Below are positions 1 through 13,154 of a stretch of 64,000 nt of DNA, piece after piece. The notes beneath the pieces were generated by a model. The model worked only from the letters and a program-made list of their open reading frames with translations. It did no database searches and was not told where the DNA came from. The stretch is taken from the NCBI RefSeq assembly GCF_009914755.1, contig NC_060936.1; one strand, 5' to 3'. The position numbers and the translations under genes were made by a program. The stretch's first letter is position 1. Every line of letters begins with the position of its first letter. The stretch is from the human T2T-CHM13v2.0 reference genome, Homo sapiens.

Positions 1-19
1 AGGTAATATGCATTGTAGG

Positions 20-375
20 TTATATGCATTGTAACTCTAGAACAGTGCATGTAGTTGTAACTCACTTTTAATTTTACATAATATTGCATAGTATGGATAT
101 ACCAAAATATATTCAACCATTTTCCTGCTGATAAATTCTCTCAATTTTCCAGGTTTTTAAAATCCACTACAAACAATGCTCTCATGACATCTCTATATTT
201 ATGTCTATAGATTAAAAAGATCAAAATCTCTCTTCCATCTTTTTCTACATTTACATCTTTTCTTCGATATTAGGGTTTCTACCTCTTTAGGATACATTTT
301 TAATAGTAGAATTGCTAGATTGGGGGAATCTATATATTTTTAAAATTTTAGTATATACTCATAATATTTAACCAG
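20..375 (-). mobile_element. Old L1 (L1ME-like) 3' fragment
   Basis: Degenerate match to the antisense L1M 3' region (gtatggatatacca...ttcaaccatttt...tacaaacaatgct...tagaattgctagatt). Boundaries approximate. Confidence 0.5.
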
Positions 376-475
376 CATGGCCTGTCATTGTTCTGTATTC
401 TCAAACATAGTTTTTGTTTTTTGAAACATCCTGCTATAGTAGTTTTGGCCTTGTCTGTCAACACATTTTAATCAC

Positions 476-1349
476 CTCTGGAACACGACTACTAAGTATG
501 TTAGCTGTCTCTCATTCTGCTATTTGCCACTCTGGAGACAGTTTAGTAGTCTGAAAATCCAAGAGACAAATGTATTTTCATATGAAATGAAAATTTGTAT
601 ACAAGAAAATGCCCTCACTTTCTGCTCCTTATCTGGCTTCTACTACAGCATTTCCAACCACTTGCCCTACACCATACCCGTATCACTGATAGCTTTCTTT
701 GTCTCGAGTCCATAAGGATATTCTTATACACTAGGACCAAGAATTCTGGTGATATTTAACAGGGTATGTCCCCATTCTTTCTCTGTAAAGAAGTTAAATA
801 TTTTCTGTTATTTTTTCTTTTAAAAAATTAATATAGTGTCTGATCATTAGTTACAATGTTCTTCTTTTAGGTAGTTCCCTGAAGATAGAGCAGAAACTTT
901 CATTTTTTGGAAAATCTTATCTGCATTGGCCACCTCTTCCCATCTGACTACTCTGCTATCCAGGGTGTGAGAGTGTTCTATAATATCTTAATAAGCTCAT
1001 TCTCTTGACCATCACTGTAATCCCCCAAATCACCCATGATTAAGTTCATACCCTGTAGAGAAATCCACCGAACAGTTGATGGCCATTCTCTAAAAATGCA
1101 ATTGACTCCAACTCTGGAGTGTAGTGCTTTAATGCTGGTATATGTTGCAAAAGCATGCAAAATGGTGAAATCACCTGAAATAAAGTAGCTGTGAATTGCT
1201 ATATCAATTTTACATTATGATTTTGCTTATTAAAAATATATATAAAACCAGCCAAAGTCCTCACCTGCCAGATTACTGTCAAGTCCAGTATCTTCACTCT
1301 CCATGGTCCAAGAAGGAACATGGAGGTTGGTAAGTCTGACCTCCATATT
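476..1349 (-). pseudogene. Candidate four-exon decayed gene or spliced ncRNA segment (exons 1349-1265, 1174-1052, 782-678, 550-476)
   Basis: Each segment has a pyrimidine tract plus AG and a GT donor on the minus strand. The spliced frame gives 129 codons with two stops. Product not recognised. Confidence 0.35.
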
Positions 1350-2743
1350 CTAGGAAGAGAAAATTGATACTGCCTTTGGTTCTAACTGCTTTATGATCTC
1401 AGAGGAAATGCCAATGTCCAGTGGATCTGGAGCCCTTCACAGCAGCATAGATTTTTCTCCCAAGCCAACCTTAGCATAGGGCCCTTAATGGCCCTTCAGG
1501 TTGGAGCTTTTAACTGGTAACTTTTTCAGGCCAATCCTTTAAAATGCCAGCTGGCCAGAGAGTGTCAGGATTAATTCAGGTGCCCATTTACAAACTGAGA
1601 TCATTGTGCACTTTCCTGCACAAAGGTGTCTATCCTGGAAACATAAAGGAGTCATCACACACTTTTTTTTTGGAACACTGCTATAGGGTAACCTGGGATA
1701 CCATATTGCAATACCAACCTACCTAGGATTGCAGTTCTGATTGCCCCAGGGAGCCGTATAATTTCTTATGCCCTATGCATGTGCAGGCATGCACACACAC
1801 ACAAATCAAAGGTAGAAACAGCCACAAAAGGAATGATTTAAGGTAGCCTACTCTGCTAAAGACAGCAAGGTAACTTTCTGGTTATAGAAAGGAAAAAGAA
1901 AAAAAAAACCAATTTAAATCTCCAGTGAAGTACTTTGCAACAAAACAAATAAATTAAAAAATAAATGTGCTCTCTAAAATATTCAAAGTGTGTGAAGTCT
2001 AATCAAAACTCTGCTCTTGTGCTTTAGTACAGACTTCAGAAGAGAGTCAATGGTGTTTGTTTTCTTATAAATGAATTTGAAGTTTATTTGATTCTCTAAG
2101 TTAAATAACTTCCATAGCAAAGAAAGGTTTAAAATGTCTGTTTACTTATTTACTGTAGATAGTTAAGTGGTTTGCATCATAAATGCTAATTCAGGAAAAG
2201 TAGTCACTTATAGAGTACAATCTTAGGTTACATAAACAATCTGTGCTGCAAATGGTATTGGATGAATTAAGATATGAGTCTACTGGAAATATTTTGCATA
2301 AACAATGCATGTCAGGCAAAGAATCAAGAAGCTATACCATTAATCTGCTGCCCCAAATTCCTTAGTTGAAAATGTTCTTCAAATTTTTTTTCGTGTGTGC
2401 TAAATGTTTTGCTAACATAGAAATATTTCTTCTTTACTTTCCACAGAAGGTCCATGATTTTATCTAAAAACAAACAACCAACCAAAACTGTGCTTCACAT
2501 TGTCTCATGAAGAAATTATACATTTTACGGTTTGAATTAGTCTGCATAATGATAAAAAAAATACATTTACCTGCCTATATGATATCCTAGAAATTAAAGT
2601 TAATATATAAGTTAGGATATCTGTTTTTTAAAAAATGACAAAAATCCTGTCTCTGACCTGGTTAAAGTGGCATCTGGTTGGTGGCACTTATCTCAAATCG
2701 CAAAGACATAAGGCAACCTCTTGTTTATCCCAGCTTGGCTTTT

Positions 2744-3042
2744 TGTTTTTTGTTTTTTAGACAGGGTCTCACTCTGTCACCCAGGCTACAGTGCCTTAGT
2801 ATGATCATCATAGCTCACTGCAGCCTCATACCCCCAGGTGCAAGCCATCCTCCCACCTCAATCTCCCAAGTAGCTGGGACTACAGGTATGTGCTACCACG
2901 CCTGGCTAATTATTTTGTATTTTTTGTAGAGACAAGGTTCTCCCTATGTTTCCTAGGCTAGTCTTGAACTCCTTGGCTCAAGCGATTCTCCCATCAGCCT
3001 CCCAAAATGCTGGATTATAAGCATGAGCCACTGCACCAGGCC
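2744..3042 (-). mobile_element. AluJ, full length
   Basis: Antisense Alu dimer with J-type motifs (atagctcactgcagcctc, ggctcaagcgattctccc). TSD ccagcttggctttt (2730-2743) / ccagcttagctttt (3043-3056). Confidence 0.9.
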
Positions 3043-4059
3043 CCAGCTTAGCTTTTGTCTGTTCCCATGCCAGGTTCATCCCTTGGACACATGGAAAAAA
3101 TGACAAAAATCCAAAAGCTACATATTTCACTGATTTCGCAGATGGTTAGCTATTGGATAGCACAGATTTTCTTTTCATAAGAGACTGAGTGCTAAGTGGT
3201 TGGTAGGACTTAACATGAAAAAGGTTTTCATGTTTTCTATTCACTTACTATTAAAATACGTTGTCAAAAACTCCACAAAATCCTAGTTTCTGATGAGTAG
3301 AAGACAAATCCCACTAGGGAATAGAATAGAGTGAATGTCCTTTTATCAATAAAGAGCCAAAGACCATAGGCTATTTTAAAAACCAACACTATAAGAAATT
3401 TTAATGCTAACATTAAACTAAGAAGCTAATATGAAACATTTGAAAACATATACAGAAAAAAGGAGAAATGGTTACAGATTAAATAGCAGTGCTCAAATAA
3501 AAAATAGCATGTTGAGCATGACTAAAATAGCAAATTAAAGCTGGAATAATAAGTAGATTTAACTCTTTTTTCCCCCTGTGAAGCAAGTCAATAGTGATTG
3601 TGACTTCTTACGAGCAATTTGGAGGAAGAAAGGCAGTATTCTGCATTTGGGTGGTGGCCATTGCATTCAAGGAAGCAAGCAGTCACCGTGTACTTTCAAA
3701 GACAGAGAGTTATGAATGTCTATGGGATTCCTAAATTGGTCTCTACTGGAAGCAACAGAGACTCCTCCCCAATCATTCCTGACTGACAGATTTTGTTACC
3801 ATACCTCAGAAAGGGTCATGGTGATGTTATGATCTCTTTTAATTAAGTTTAAAGCATCACTAAAAATAGCACATTTCAAACAAAAAGGGTGAGTCTTCTT
3901 ATTCTTAAATTGACAAATTACCAGAGTTCTTTCAGGAATTCTACATACTGACTTAGATGGCTTATAAGTAACTCAATCTCAAATATTCCAGTGCTAAGCA
4001 TATTTGCTCTTTCCTATTCTACTACTCCTGCCAATCCCACACAAGGTAAGAGAGCTGTG

Positions 4060-4210
4060 AATTGAGCATTTACTAAGTGCCAGACATGGTGCTAAGTTGT
4101 TCACATGTAATATCACTCTATTATTCTCACAACTATATGTGATGAGGACTATTAGTATCTTAAATTCACAGACATGGAAAATAAGGATTAAGATGGTAAT
4201 AGCTTGCCTG
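4060..4210 (-). mobile_element. MIR
   Basis: ttgagcatttactaagtgccagacatggtgctaag...ttctcacaac matches the reverse complement of the MIR 3' half. Confidence 0.7.
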
Positions 4211-4244
4211 GAATTACACTGTGGAGCAGATGTTTCCCATCTCA

Positions 4245-4460
4245 ATTACATCATCATTATCCAATCAGTTGAGCAAGCCAGAAACCTAATTCTGTCTCTT
4301 TCTCCCCCACCTCCAGCCTTGAATCAGTCATTAAGCCTTGCCAAACTTTCCAATATTTCTGGACTCCATCATTTTCTTTTCATTCACTGTCACTGCCAAG
4401 CTCAAGTTTTACCATTTTTGTCCTAAGGAGAACAATAATCTTCTATTTGGTTTCCCTATT
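4245..4460 (+). mobile_element. L2 fragment
   Basis: caagccagaaacct...aatcagtcattaagccttgcc...tcactgccaagctcaag is typical of the L2 3' region. Confidence 0.5.
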
Positions 4461-5089
4461 TCTTGTCTCTCAGACTCTAATCCTTGAACCACTCTGATAT
4501 TTCCTTCTTTCTTTCCTTTCTTCTTTTCTTCTTTTCCTGCTTCTGTGAAGCCTTCCTGAATATTCTGCCTTATAATTCCGTCCCAAGTTTAATTAGCTGC
4601 TCATTTCTATACCAACAGAACCTAGATGTTTTATTATTATAAAACTCATGCCATTGAAGCACATATATCTGAGTGTTTCTACTACCAGACTGTTGCTCTA
4701 TGACCAGACTGTTAATGTCTTATAGACAAGACCCCATCTCATTGACAACTTCTTTCACTCATCCATTGATTCACTAAACATTTATTAATCACTCACCTTA
4801 TACCAGGAAATCAATTATTTTTTAATAATGATAATGATGATGATGATAATAGCTATGTTTTTGATAACATACTCAACAATCCTTTGAGGTGGGTATTGTT
4901 ATCTTTATTTACCTTGAGGGAACTGAAGATAGGCAAAAATACCACTGTGAAGACACGTATCTTGGTTATATGTCTGGAACACTGTAAGGGCTCAATAAAT
5001 GTCAGTTGAACTTAGTTGAAGTTAAAATTAGAGTGGAAAAGCCCTCAAAAGAATGTGTCTTTTCCAAGAGGCTAAGAAAGGTGAAGAAA

Positions 5090-5345
5090 TATAGCAGTGA
5101 TTGAAAAAGCTGGACTTAAATGTCAGGCACCTGTAAGATTTGCGGTTCTTGCTCGGTCAATTGTAAGCTACACGACCTGAAATAAATTGCTTACTTCTGT
5201 AAACCACAATTTAAAATATGTAAAATAGATATTATGAGTACTAACTTCAAAGCACTGCTATATAAATTAAATATGCAAATAAGTGTAAAATGCTTACTTA
5301 GCCATCTGCTACAAAATAAGCCCACAATAAATATCAACTATTATA
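5090..5345 (+). mobile_element. MIR
   Basis: Degenerate full MIR ending caataaatatcaactattat. Confidence 0.6.
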
Positions 5346-7771
5346 ATGACTGCACAATAACATAATATGATAGGGGCCAATAATAAGCTAGTCAGTATAA
5401 AATGATTAATTTCTTAAGTTAGAATTTTCACCATCATTATGTATTTTTATCCAGTATATTTGTTTTTGTTATTATTGCTGTTATTGTTATATTTGTAGGG
5501 AGAAGTATGAAGTACAGCATGAGAGTGGCCACTAAACACATACAGGAGTGTCAACTGATGAATTCCTCTAGGTTTCATTATAATGGTATTTGAAACTACA
5601 AAATGTGGATCTGAAGGAAAAATATCTACTAACTCCTGCCATCAAACATTATCATTTGCATGAAATAGGCCTATTTTAAATGTTTTATATTTTAATCCTT
5701 CTTTCATAGAATTGCTTTATCAGGAAGACTAAATGAGAATGGAAGTAATTACTGAGTTATGAAACTAGGTTAAATGTCATAGAAAACATTATTTATACCC
5801 CAAGTTAACCATCTCTATTGTGGTTGAAATAAAGAACAGAAATGTTTAAAAATAATCTAGGGACTGTCCTCTCAAGGGAGAGATAAGAATTTCAAGCATC
5901 TCTGAATATGAAGGAATTTTGGGGACGAAGAGAAGACTTTTAGCTAAAGGATCAATTAACAAGAACATACGCAAATTGGTCTGAGGAGCCTTTCTGCCTT
6001 CCATGTGGTTCCTATTGTGATATTAGAAACAAAATGGCCCATTGCCATCTGTGTGGTAGGTGGGTGGGCATGTGGCCCTTCCTCCTTTCTTCCCATCAGG
6101 TATACTCAACTCCTCACTAGTGGCCAGTTTCTCAATGAGTAAATAAGGCCTGCTTCTTGACACACATTCCACAGGCAAGCCAGATTTTAGGAAGAGATAA
6201 AATATACCAAAAAAAAAAAATCACAGAAGACCAAGAAGCCACAAGAGGTTCAGGATTGTGGTGAGTGTTAGTGGGAACTTTGCCGAAAATTCAGTGCAAG
6301 CTTACTCAATCTTCTCTTTCAATAAACATCCTTAGGATGGAAGCATTAGATGGTGGACCTCTCCAATAATTCCCAAACAAATATATTGAGCCATTTGTGG
6401 TTTATAGTCTAGGGCTTTATTTTGCTGTATCATCTGTGTATTTTTTTAATGTTGTATTTCTTTTGGTTAATCTTCCTTCCTCCTGGGAAACAAAACGTTC
6501 TGCAATAACAAACACTGTCTGTGGTAAGTCCCTAAAACTCCAGTGCAACAGATTGCAAAGCCTGCTGTCCATCTTAAATAGGCTTGCATTGTTTCTCTCT
6601 TAAGCTGGTCGTTTTCATGTCTCCAACTCTTACATATGTGTCATTTTTCTCTGGTCACCAATCACCAATTGCTCCTTGGAAAATATGCTTCACTATGCAC
6701 AGCAAATGTTTTCTCCAAACAAAATTCACAACACTCATTGACTTGTAGAACTTTATTGACATCCCAATAATTTTAAAACTGAGGTTTTTTTTGTCACTGC
6801 TTTCCTTATGTCCAAGTCTCTAAAAAAGTCTTCTAAATATATTTTTAATTATGAAGTATTTTGAACTCAAAGAAAGCTGTAGAGAAAAACATAACTATTT
6901 GAACACTGCATATCATCTTGGATATACTAGTCAGACTTTATTAGAGGTACTTTTTACTTAGTAGAAATTCACTTATGAGAATGCAGAATGCAAGAAATTA
7001 ATTAATTGATTTCCAGACTCACTAAAAAATCTAGATGCTCTTAAAGACAGTTCCACAGTACCTACAGGTGCAAGGCAAATTGTACAGTACAGTGACTGAC
7101 TCTGAGAAGCACTAGGAAGTATACAGGACTCTGGCTATAGTGGCTTTTGTCCCAGTTTGCCTAGAGCCTGATCTGACATATGCCTGTTGTTCTGGCATAA
7201 TTATCAACACTACACCTATCATTTTCAATGTAACCTAATTTTGATGATAAATCATATGGTTATCCTAAATGAAAAACTAGAGGGCACATGTTCTACCCAA
7301 AGAAAAAATAAAGCTTTACTTGGTTCTTGCCCATCATTGTTACATAGGAATGAAGACCTGTGCTTTTTCAAAAGAAGCCAGATCTAGATTTTAGGTAGAA
7401 TCCTCCAGTATTTAGTCTTAGCTAAGATGTCTTATTTTTCTTTGTGGTTACTTTGTAAGTCAAAACTTATTTGAATGACAGATTTCCCCATGCATCACCA
7501 ATGGTTTAAAACTTCTTTTGGTCTAGAACTTCTACATTTTGGGGGCTTCTGTACCACTATTTTCTTTTCCATTTCATCAGTTGGAGTGCCTGGCTCCACT
7601 TAGGATATTCACGTGTACATTGGAGTTCAGGCTAAATAGGCACTGTTTGAATGCTACTAAAGGAGGCACGCATCATCAGTTAGGAAAACTGGAAACAGAG
7701 TGGGTGATAAACTCAGGCTTAATTAACTGATTTGCTCACATCTGTATTTAAACCATTTTCCCTTTCCAAAA

Positions 7772-8020
7772 ATAACATTCACTGAGCAACTGCTATGTGC
7801 CAGGTACTAGTCCACGTATTTAATCTACATTATCGTAATATTACTCATCACAACAATGAAATGGCATTGACATCATGATTCCATTTTTAAATGAAATTAA
7901 ATGGAGGCTCAGAAAATCTATGTGATTAGACCAAGATCATATGGCTAATAAGTGATTGAACAGCCAGGATTAACACCTAAGTCTTTCTGGTTCCAAATCC
8001 TGTGCTCTCTCCACTGTACT
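7772..8020 (-). mobile_element. MIR, near full length
   Basis: ctgagcaactgctatgtgccaggtact...ggaggctcaga...ccaagatcatatggctaataagtg...tgctctctccactgtac. Confidence 0.75.
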
Positions 8021-8298
8021 CATATTCTTTGCTAGGCAAAAATTGACAACTTCAGCATTTAGATTTTTCTCTTATGCAAATAAGTTTGCTCCAAATTGTA
8101 GAGTCTCTATTGATGAAAATCTCTATTAGAGAAGTTAATAAATTTAAGGAATAAAACAACCAGTAAGTGGTGACAAATGAATACAGATGTCTATTTAGCA
8201 ATGTCAAGGTAGATTGACAGTTCTAGAAAACATAGCCTTATTACTAAAAATAACAAATTGTTGTCTGCACAGTAGAATAACTATGTGATATTGGTAAC

Positions 8299-9130
8299 TG
8301 TCTTTGGCCAGGTGCTTTACAAGCAGAGTATGAAATAGGGATTCTTATACAAGTATTTTCTGAGGAACAATCTTTTGAGGAGTTGCTCTTATGGGAAACC
8401 TATAAGGTTTGAAAACAGCAAGATAAGGTAGGGGAATAGCTAGGCAAAAATGAGCTTTTAGAAGTTTAGTCTCCTGATCTCGTATGGAGTTCTTGAGCTA
8501 GATTGTGTCACAGAGGCTGCCCTGCCTAGAGGCAAGAGGGCTACTATGGTTTGGCTCTGTGTCCCCACCCAAATCTCACCTTGAATTGTAATCCCCATAA
8601 TTCCCACCTGTCAAGGGTGGGACCAGGTAAAGGTAATTGGACCATGTGGGCAGTTTCCTCATGCTGTTCTCATGATAATGAGTGAGTTCTCATGAGATCT
8701 GATGGTTTTATAAGCACCTGGCATTTCCCCTGCTTGCACTCACTTCGTTCTGCTGCCCTGTGAAGAAGGTGCTTGTTTCTCCTTCACCTTCCACCATGAT
8801 TGCAAGTTTCTTGAGGCCTCCCCAGCCATGCAGAACTATAAGTCAACTAAACCTCTTTCCTTTATAAATCACCCAGTCTCCGGTATTTCTTCACAGCAGT
8901 GTGAGAACGAACTAACACAAGGGCTAAGCTATCACACCTCTGTATCATGAATCTGAGGCTACCTGCCTCCTGTGCATATCCTGAAAACCAAGGCGTGAAA
9001 CCATGGCGGTCCTCCAGAGGATACAGGTGTGTGCCTTTAGCAGCTAATACCTACACAACCAGGTAAACGGAAACTGGAAGGGGGTAGACATAAGTGGAGA
9101 AGGGAGTATCTACTGACAGCGTCTGCTACA
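8299..9130 (-). mobile_element. LTR16-family ERVL solo LTR, interrupted by THE1
   Basis: Starts tgtctttggccaggtgctttacaagcagag and ends gacagcgtctgctaca, matching the reverse complement of LTR16 termini. Confidence 0.6.
8542..8919 (+). mobile_element. THE1 (THE1D/C-like) MaLR solo LTR
   Basis: tatggtttggctctgtgtccccacccaaatctc...gaactaacaca. Exact 5-bp TSD AGGGC at 8537-8541 and 8920-8924. Confidence 0.9.
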
Positions 9131-10360
9131 GCTATTACATGGTAGGGATTTGGATACATTGCTGTCTCTTTATAATATTTTCAATTCATGGTATTTTAAA
9201 TTAAAGAGACTATTGTTTTCTTTACAAGCTTGTATTTTCTTCTTGAATAAGTGGTTTTCAAAGTTTGCTAAATTCTTATGATCTTTTGTTGTCTCCAGTG
9301 GCCAAATCTTCCCCTCCCTCCATCCATTTTAGCCCCAGGGGAATACATAACAGATAATCAATGTGCAAAATAAATTATCAGACTCTGATTCCTTTCTTTT
9401 AAATACATTTATTATCACATATTACAGTACAACAAAACAACTCAGCCGGTCCCTTGGAGATTGTAATATTTGGCTATGTCACATTACACAAGTGAAAAAA
9501 ATTACTGTCAAGTATAGAGAAAATTATTCCTCATTTCCCTTAATAAGAAGGTATCCTTACAGGAGAAAAAGCTTTTTAAAAATAATACCATAGAAATCTT
9601 TATGTGCATATTGTTTCAGTGACAAATATTATATTAATAGTAATAATTACAGGACCTTTAATTAGTATTTTGTTTTATGTTTCACACATATTATCTTAAA
9701 TGCATACTATATTATAATGACTATGAGCTTTTTAAATTCAGAAGTCTCATCTTATGTATATTTTTCTTCAATAAAAAGCAAAGAAGCCGATAGTTAATAA
9801 ATGCTTGCTATATTTTGGCAAGACAAAATATTTGCTCCATAATATTTGATTTTTTCAGATTGTCACCAATCTCCCTGCTTACATAAAACCTTTGAATTGG
9901 AGGCCAGCATAACTGTTGGCGATTCAAAAGTGATTGTGGAGAGCCAGCCGTCTATATTTGGTCATACAGGTAAAGCTGACAGTTTTTACAAAGAGCACGA
10001 GGAGAGAGCCTCTCAGCAGGAAAATTGCTTGTTTCACAACCCACCAAGGGTGAAGAAATTTTTTCTCATGTTAGCCATTTGTGGGATGGAAAATTCTAAT
10101 GTGGGACATTTTCTTGCTTAAGTAAACCATGCAGATTTTTCAGTTATTGTCAGATATACCCAGGATCTCAGAAATAGCCTATATTAAAATGTTTTCAAGC
10201 ATAACCTTACAAATGAGGGCTAAAATCTAAAAGATTTTTTATCCAGCTTATAATAAACTAAGAACATATAAATTTGCCCTTATGAAAAGTTAGTTGAAGG
10301 TTTCTTATTCACCAAATGGGCCTTTCACTGTAAGTCAAAGGCAGCTTTCTATATTCTCGG

Positions 10361-11045
<685 letters not shown>

Positions 11046-11263
11046 CTCAGTGTTAGATTTTGAAAGAGTTCCTGTGAAGTTTAGGAACGAAGAGAATGAA
11101 GATCCATATTATGATTCAAATGCACCCTAATCGTCTACCCACCCCTAATATCTAATCCTCATTCTAATATAATCAGCAGACCAGAAAGTGTCCAAAAAGC
11201 AGATAAGCATATATGTCCATTCTTTCTACAAGATGACTGTTTCTCATGTTTTTCTTTAGAATG

Positions 11264-11265
<2 letters not shown>

Positions 11266-11298
<33 letters not shown>
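11266..11298. repeat. (GT)16 microsatellite
   Basis: Perfect GT run. Confidence 0.95.
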
Positions 11299-11299
<1 letters not shown>

Positions 11300-12111
11300 T
11301 CTTCATTCCTTTCACTGTGCTGAAACTCTGATTTGGGAAAAATTTTCTACTCCCTCGATCCCTGCCTCCTCAGAATCAATAGCATCTGCCTATCCACTAT
11401 CAGTGCAGGAGATTATGTGGTGCTCTAGTTTCTATTGCCCACAATTATAAAAACAATAAGTATGATATTCCCTTTTTCAAATTTAAAAGTGTAATATTAA
11501 AGAAGCTTGCAAATTACATATGCTATCCCTTCAGAAATATTAAAAAGTTCATTCTCCTCTTGAGAAACACTGCTTTCAGTTTTCAAATGAGAAACATTAT
11601 TAAATCTACTTAGTGTAAAAGTAAATGAATATGACCATTATTTCCTTGTCGAAGAAATCACAGAATTTGAGATGCAGGCAATATAAGACACATGCAAGTT
11701 TTCAGAAAATAAGCAGCCCCTTACCTGAGATTAATTGATGGTATTTCTGAGATTAGTAGCAAGGATGGTAAACACAATTCCGGATTTATCTACAAAAGGG
11801 TATCTAACCACAGCTTATCCCATCTCTACAGTAGAGATGAGATAGATGAGGGAATGAGGCTCAAGGATGAAGTAAGAATGTTCATTTAGTTTTATATTTC
11901 ATAATAAAAATCTAGAAGTTTAATTTTTAAAAGGTGAATCCAAGTGTGCCCTTATAAAAATAATTGAGTACAAAATATCTTTGGTATCAAAAAGGCTTTG
12001 TAAAACTGGTGAGATTCAAACGGTCTTGTCAAGAGGCTATGCACCCTGGAATAAACAGGTATGGTTTGGAAACCAAACCGACATTTATATCTTATGAGCC
12101 TAAATAACCCG

Positions 12112-12112
<1 letters not shown>

Positions 12113-12153
<41 letters not shown>
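12113..12153. repeat. (TG)20 microsatellite
   Basis: Perfect TG run. Confidence 0.95.
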
Positions 12154-12156
<3 letters not shown>

Positions 12157-13154
12157 CAACAGAATAAATATTCTATGTTATTTGTTTTTTTGAAGACTAA
12201 TGATAATGATAATATATAGAGGGCCTAGTACAATGTGTACCATGAAGTAAGAATTTCATAGTCTGTAACAATTATTTAACCCTAATTATAATTTTATCAA
12301 TGACTCCTAGACTTTGTGTTATTATAACTATTATCACTTGTGTTGACAATGTCTGTAGACCCTCGAAGGGTGAAGAATGTATCTTGTTTGACCTTGTATC
12401 CCCTGTAACAAGTATGGCTTTTAAAACATTATAAGTACTAAATAAATATTTTTGAATGCATGTTGATAAATAATTGGTACATAAAATATTACTAGGCTAA
12501 AAATATACCAACTGGGAGAATTATTCAGATCACCCTAGGAAATGCTTCTTGTAGAATTCTCTTCCATTCCTGTGTAGCTTTTCAAATCTCTGAATCTAGC
12601 TTTTTCTTTTGGCCAGTGTTTTTCAGTTTGTCATATCCCAATTAATTCAGGCTGAATGACCCTATATGTCCTCACACAACTTAGAATACTGGACCATTTG
12701 AAACAGTCCAACACCTGCTCAACTCTAACACCTGTTCATAATATCTCTAAAGATTATGCTACATGTATCCTGGTTTCCATCCTGTTCAATCTTACTTGGT
12801 ACTGGTTGAGCCAGCTAATATGTATATTATCTGATCCTCCAAAATTCTTTTCAGTGATGCCCTTTATTGTGATTTCTAAACTTTTCTTCTGGTTTTTGAT
12901 ATGTAATACCGAAATACCTTTCTCTATCCTTGACTGTGTCTTGTATCTTGTCTTTTCCTAACATTCCTGTATTTGTTATATGGACTCCTTCACAGGATTC
13001 CAGTGGATTCCTTGTTATTGACTCACCATTCTTTATGAAATGTCTCTGTTGAAAATGTGACTTTGTCTTTGGGAATTGTGCAATTGAGTCTTCCTCATAG
13101 GAGTGTCCTTCCTATACAAATAGTTTAATTGGAAATCAAACATCAAATTGATGG

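Noticed and set aside
1470-1635. Possible fifth minus-strand exon (strong acceptor ctcctttatgtttccag)
   Set aside because: The donor is weak and all three frames have two or more stops, so I left it out of the exon model.
3212-3234. 10-bp hairpin AACATGAAAA-agg-TTTTCATGTT
   Set aside because: Short and AT-rich, with no supporting context.
11821-11839. Near-perfect palindrome CATCTCTAC-a-GTAGAGATG
   Set aside because: Isolated 9-bp arms are compatible with chance in 64 kb.
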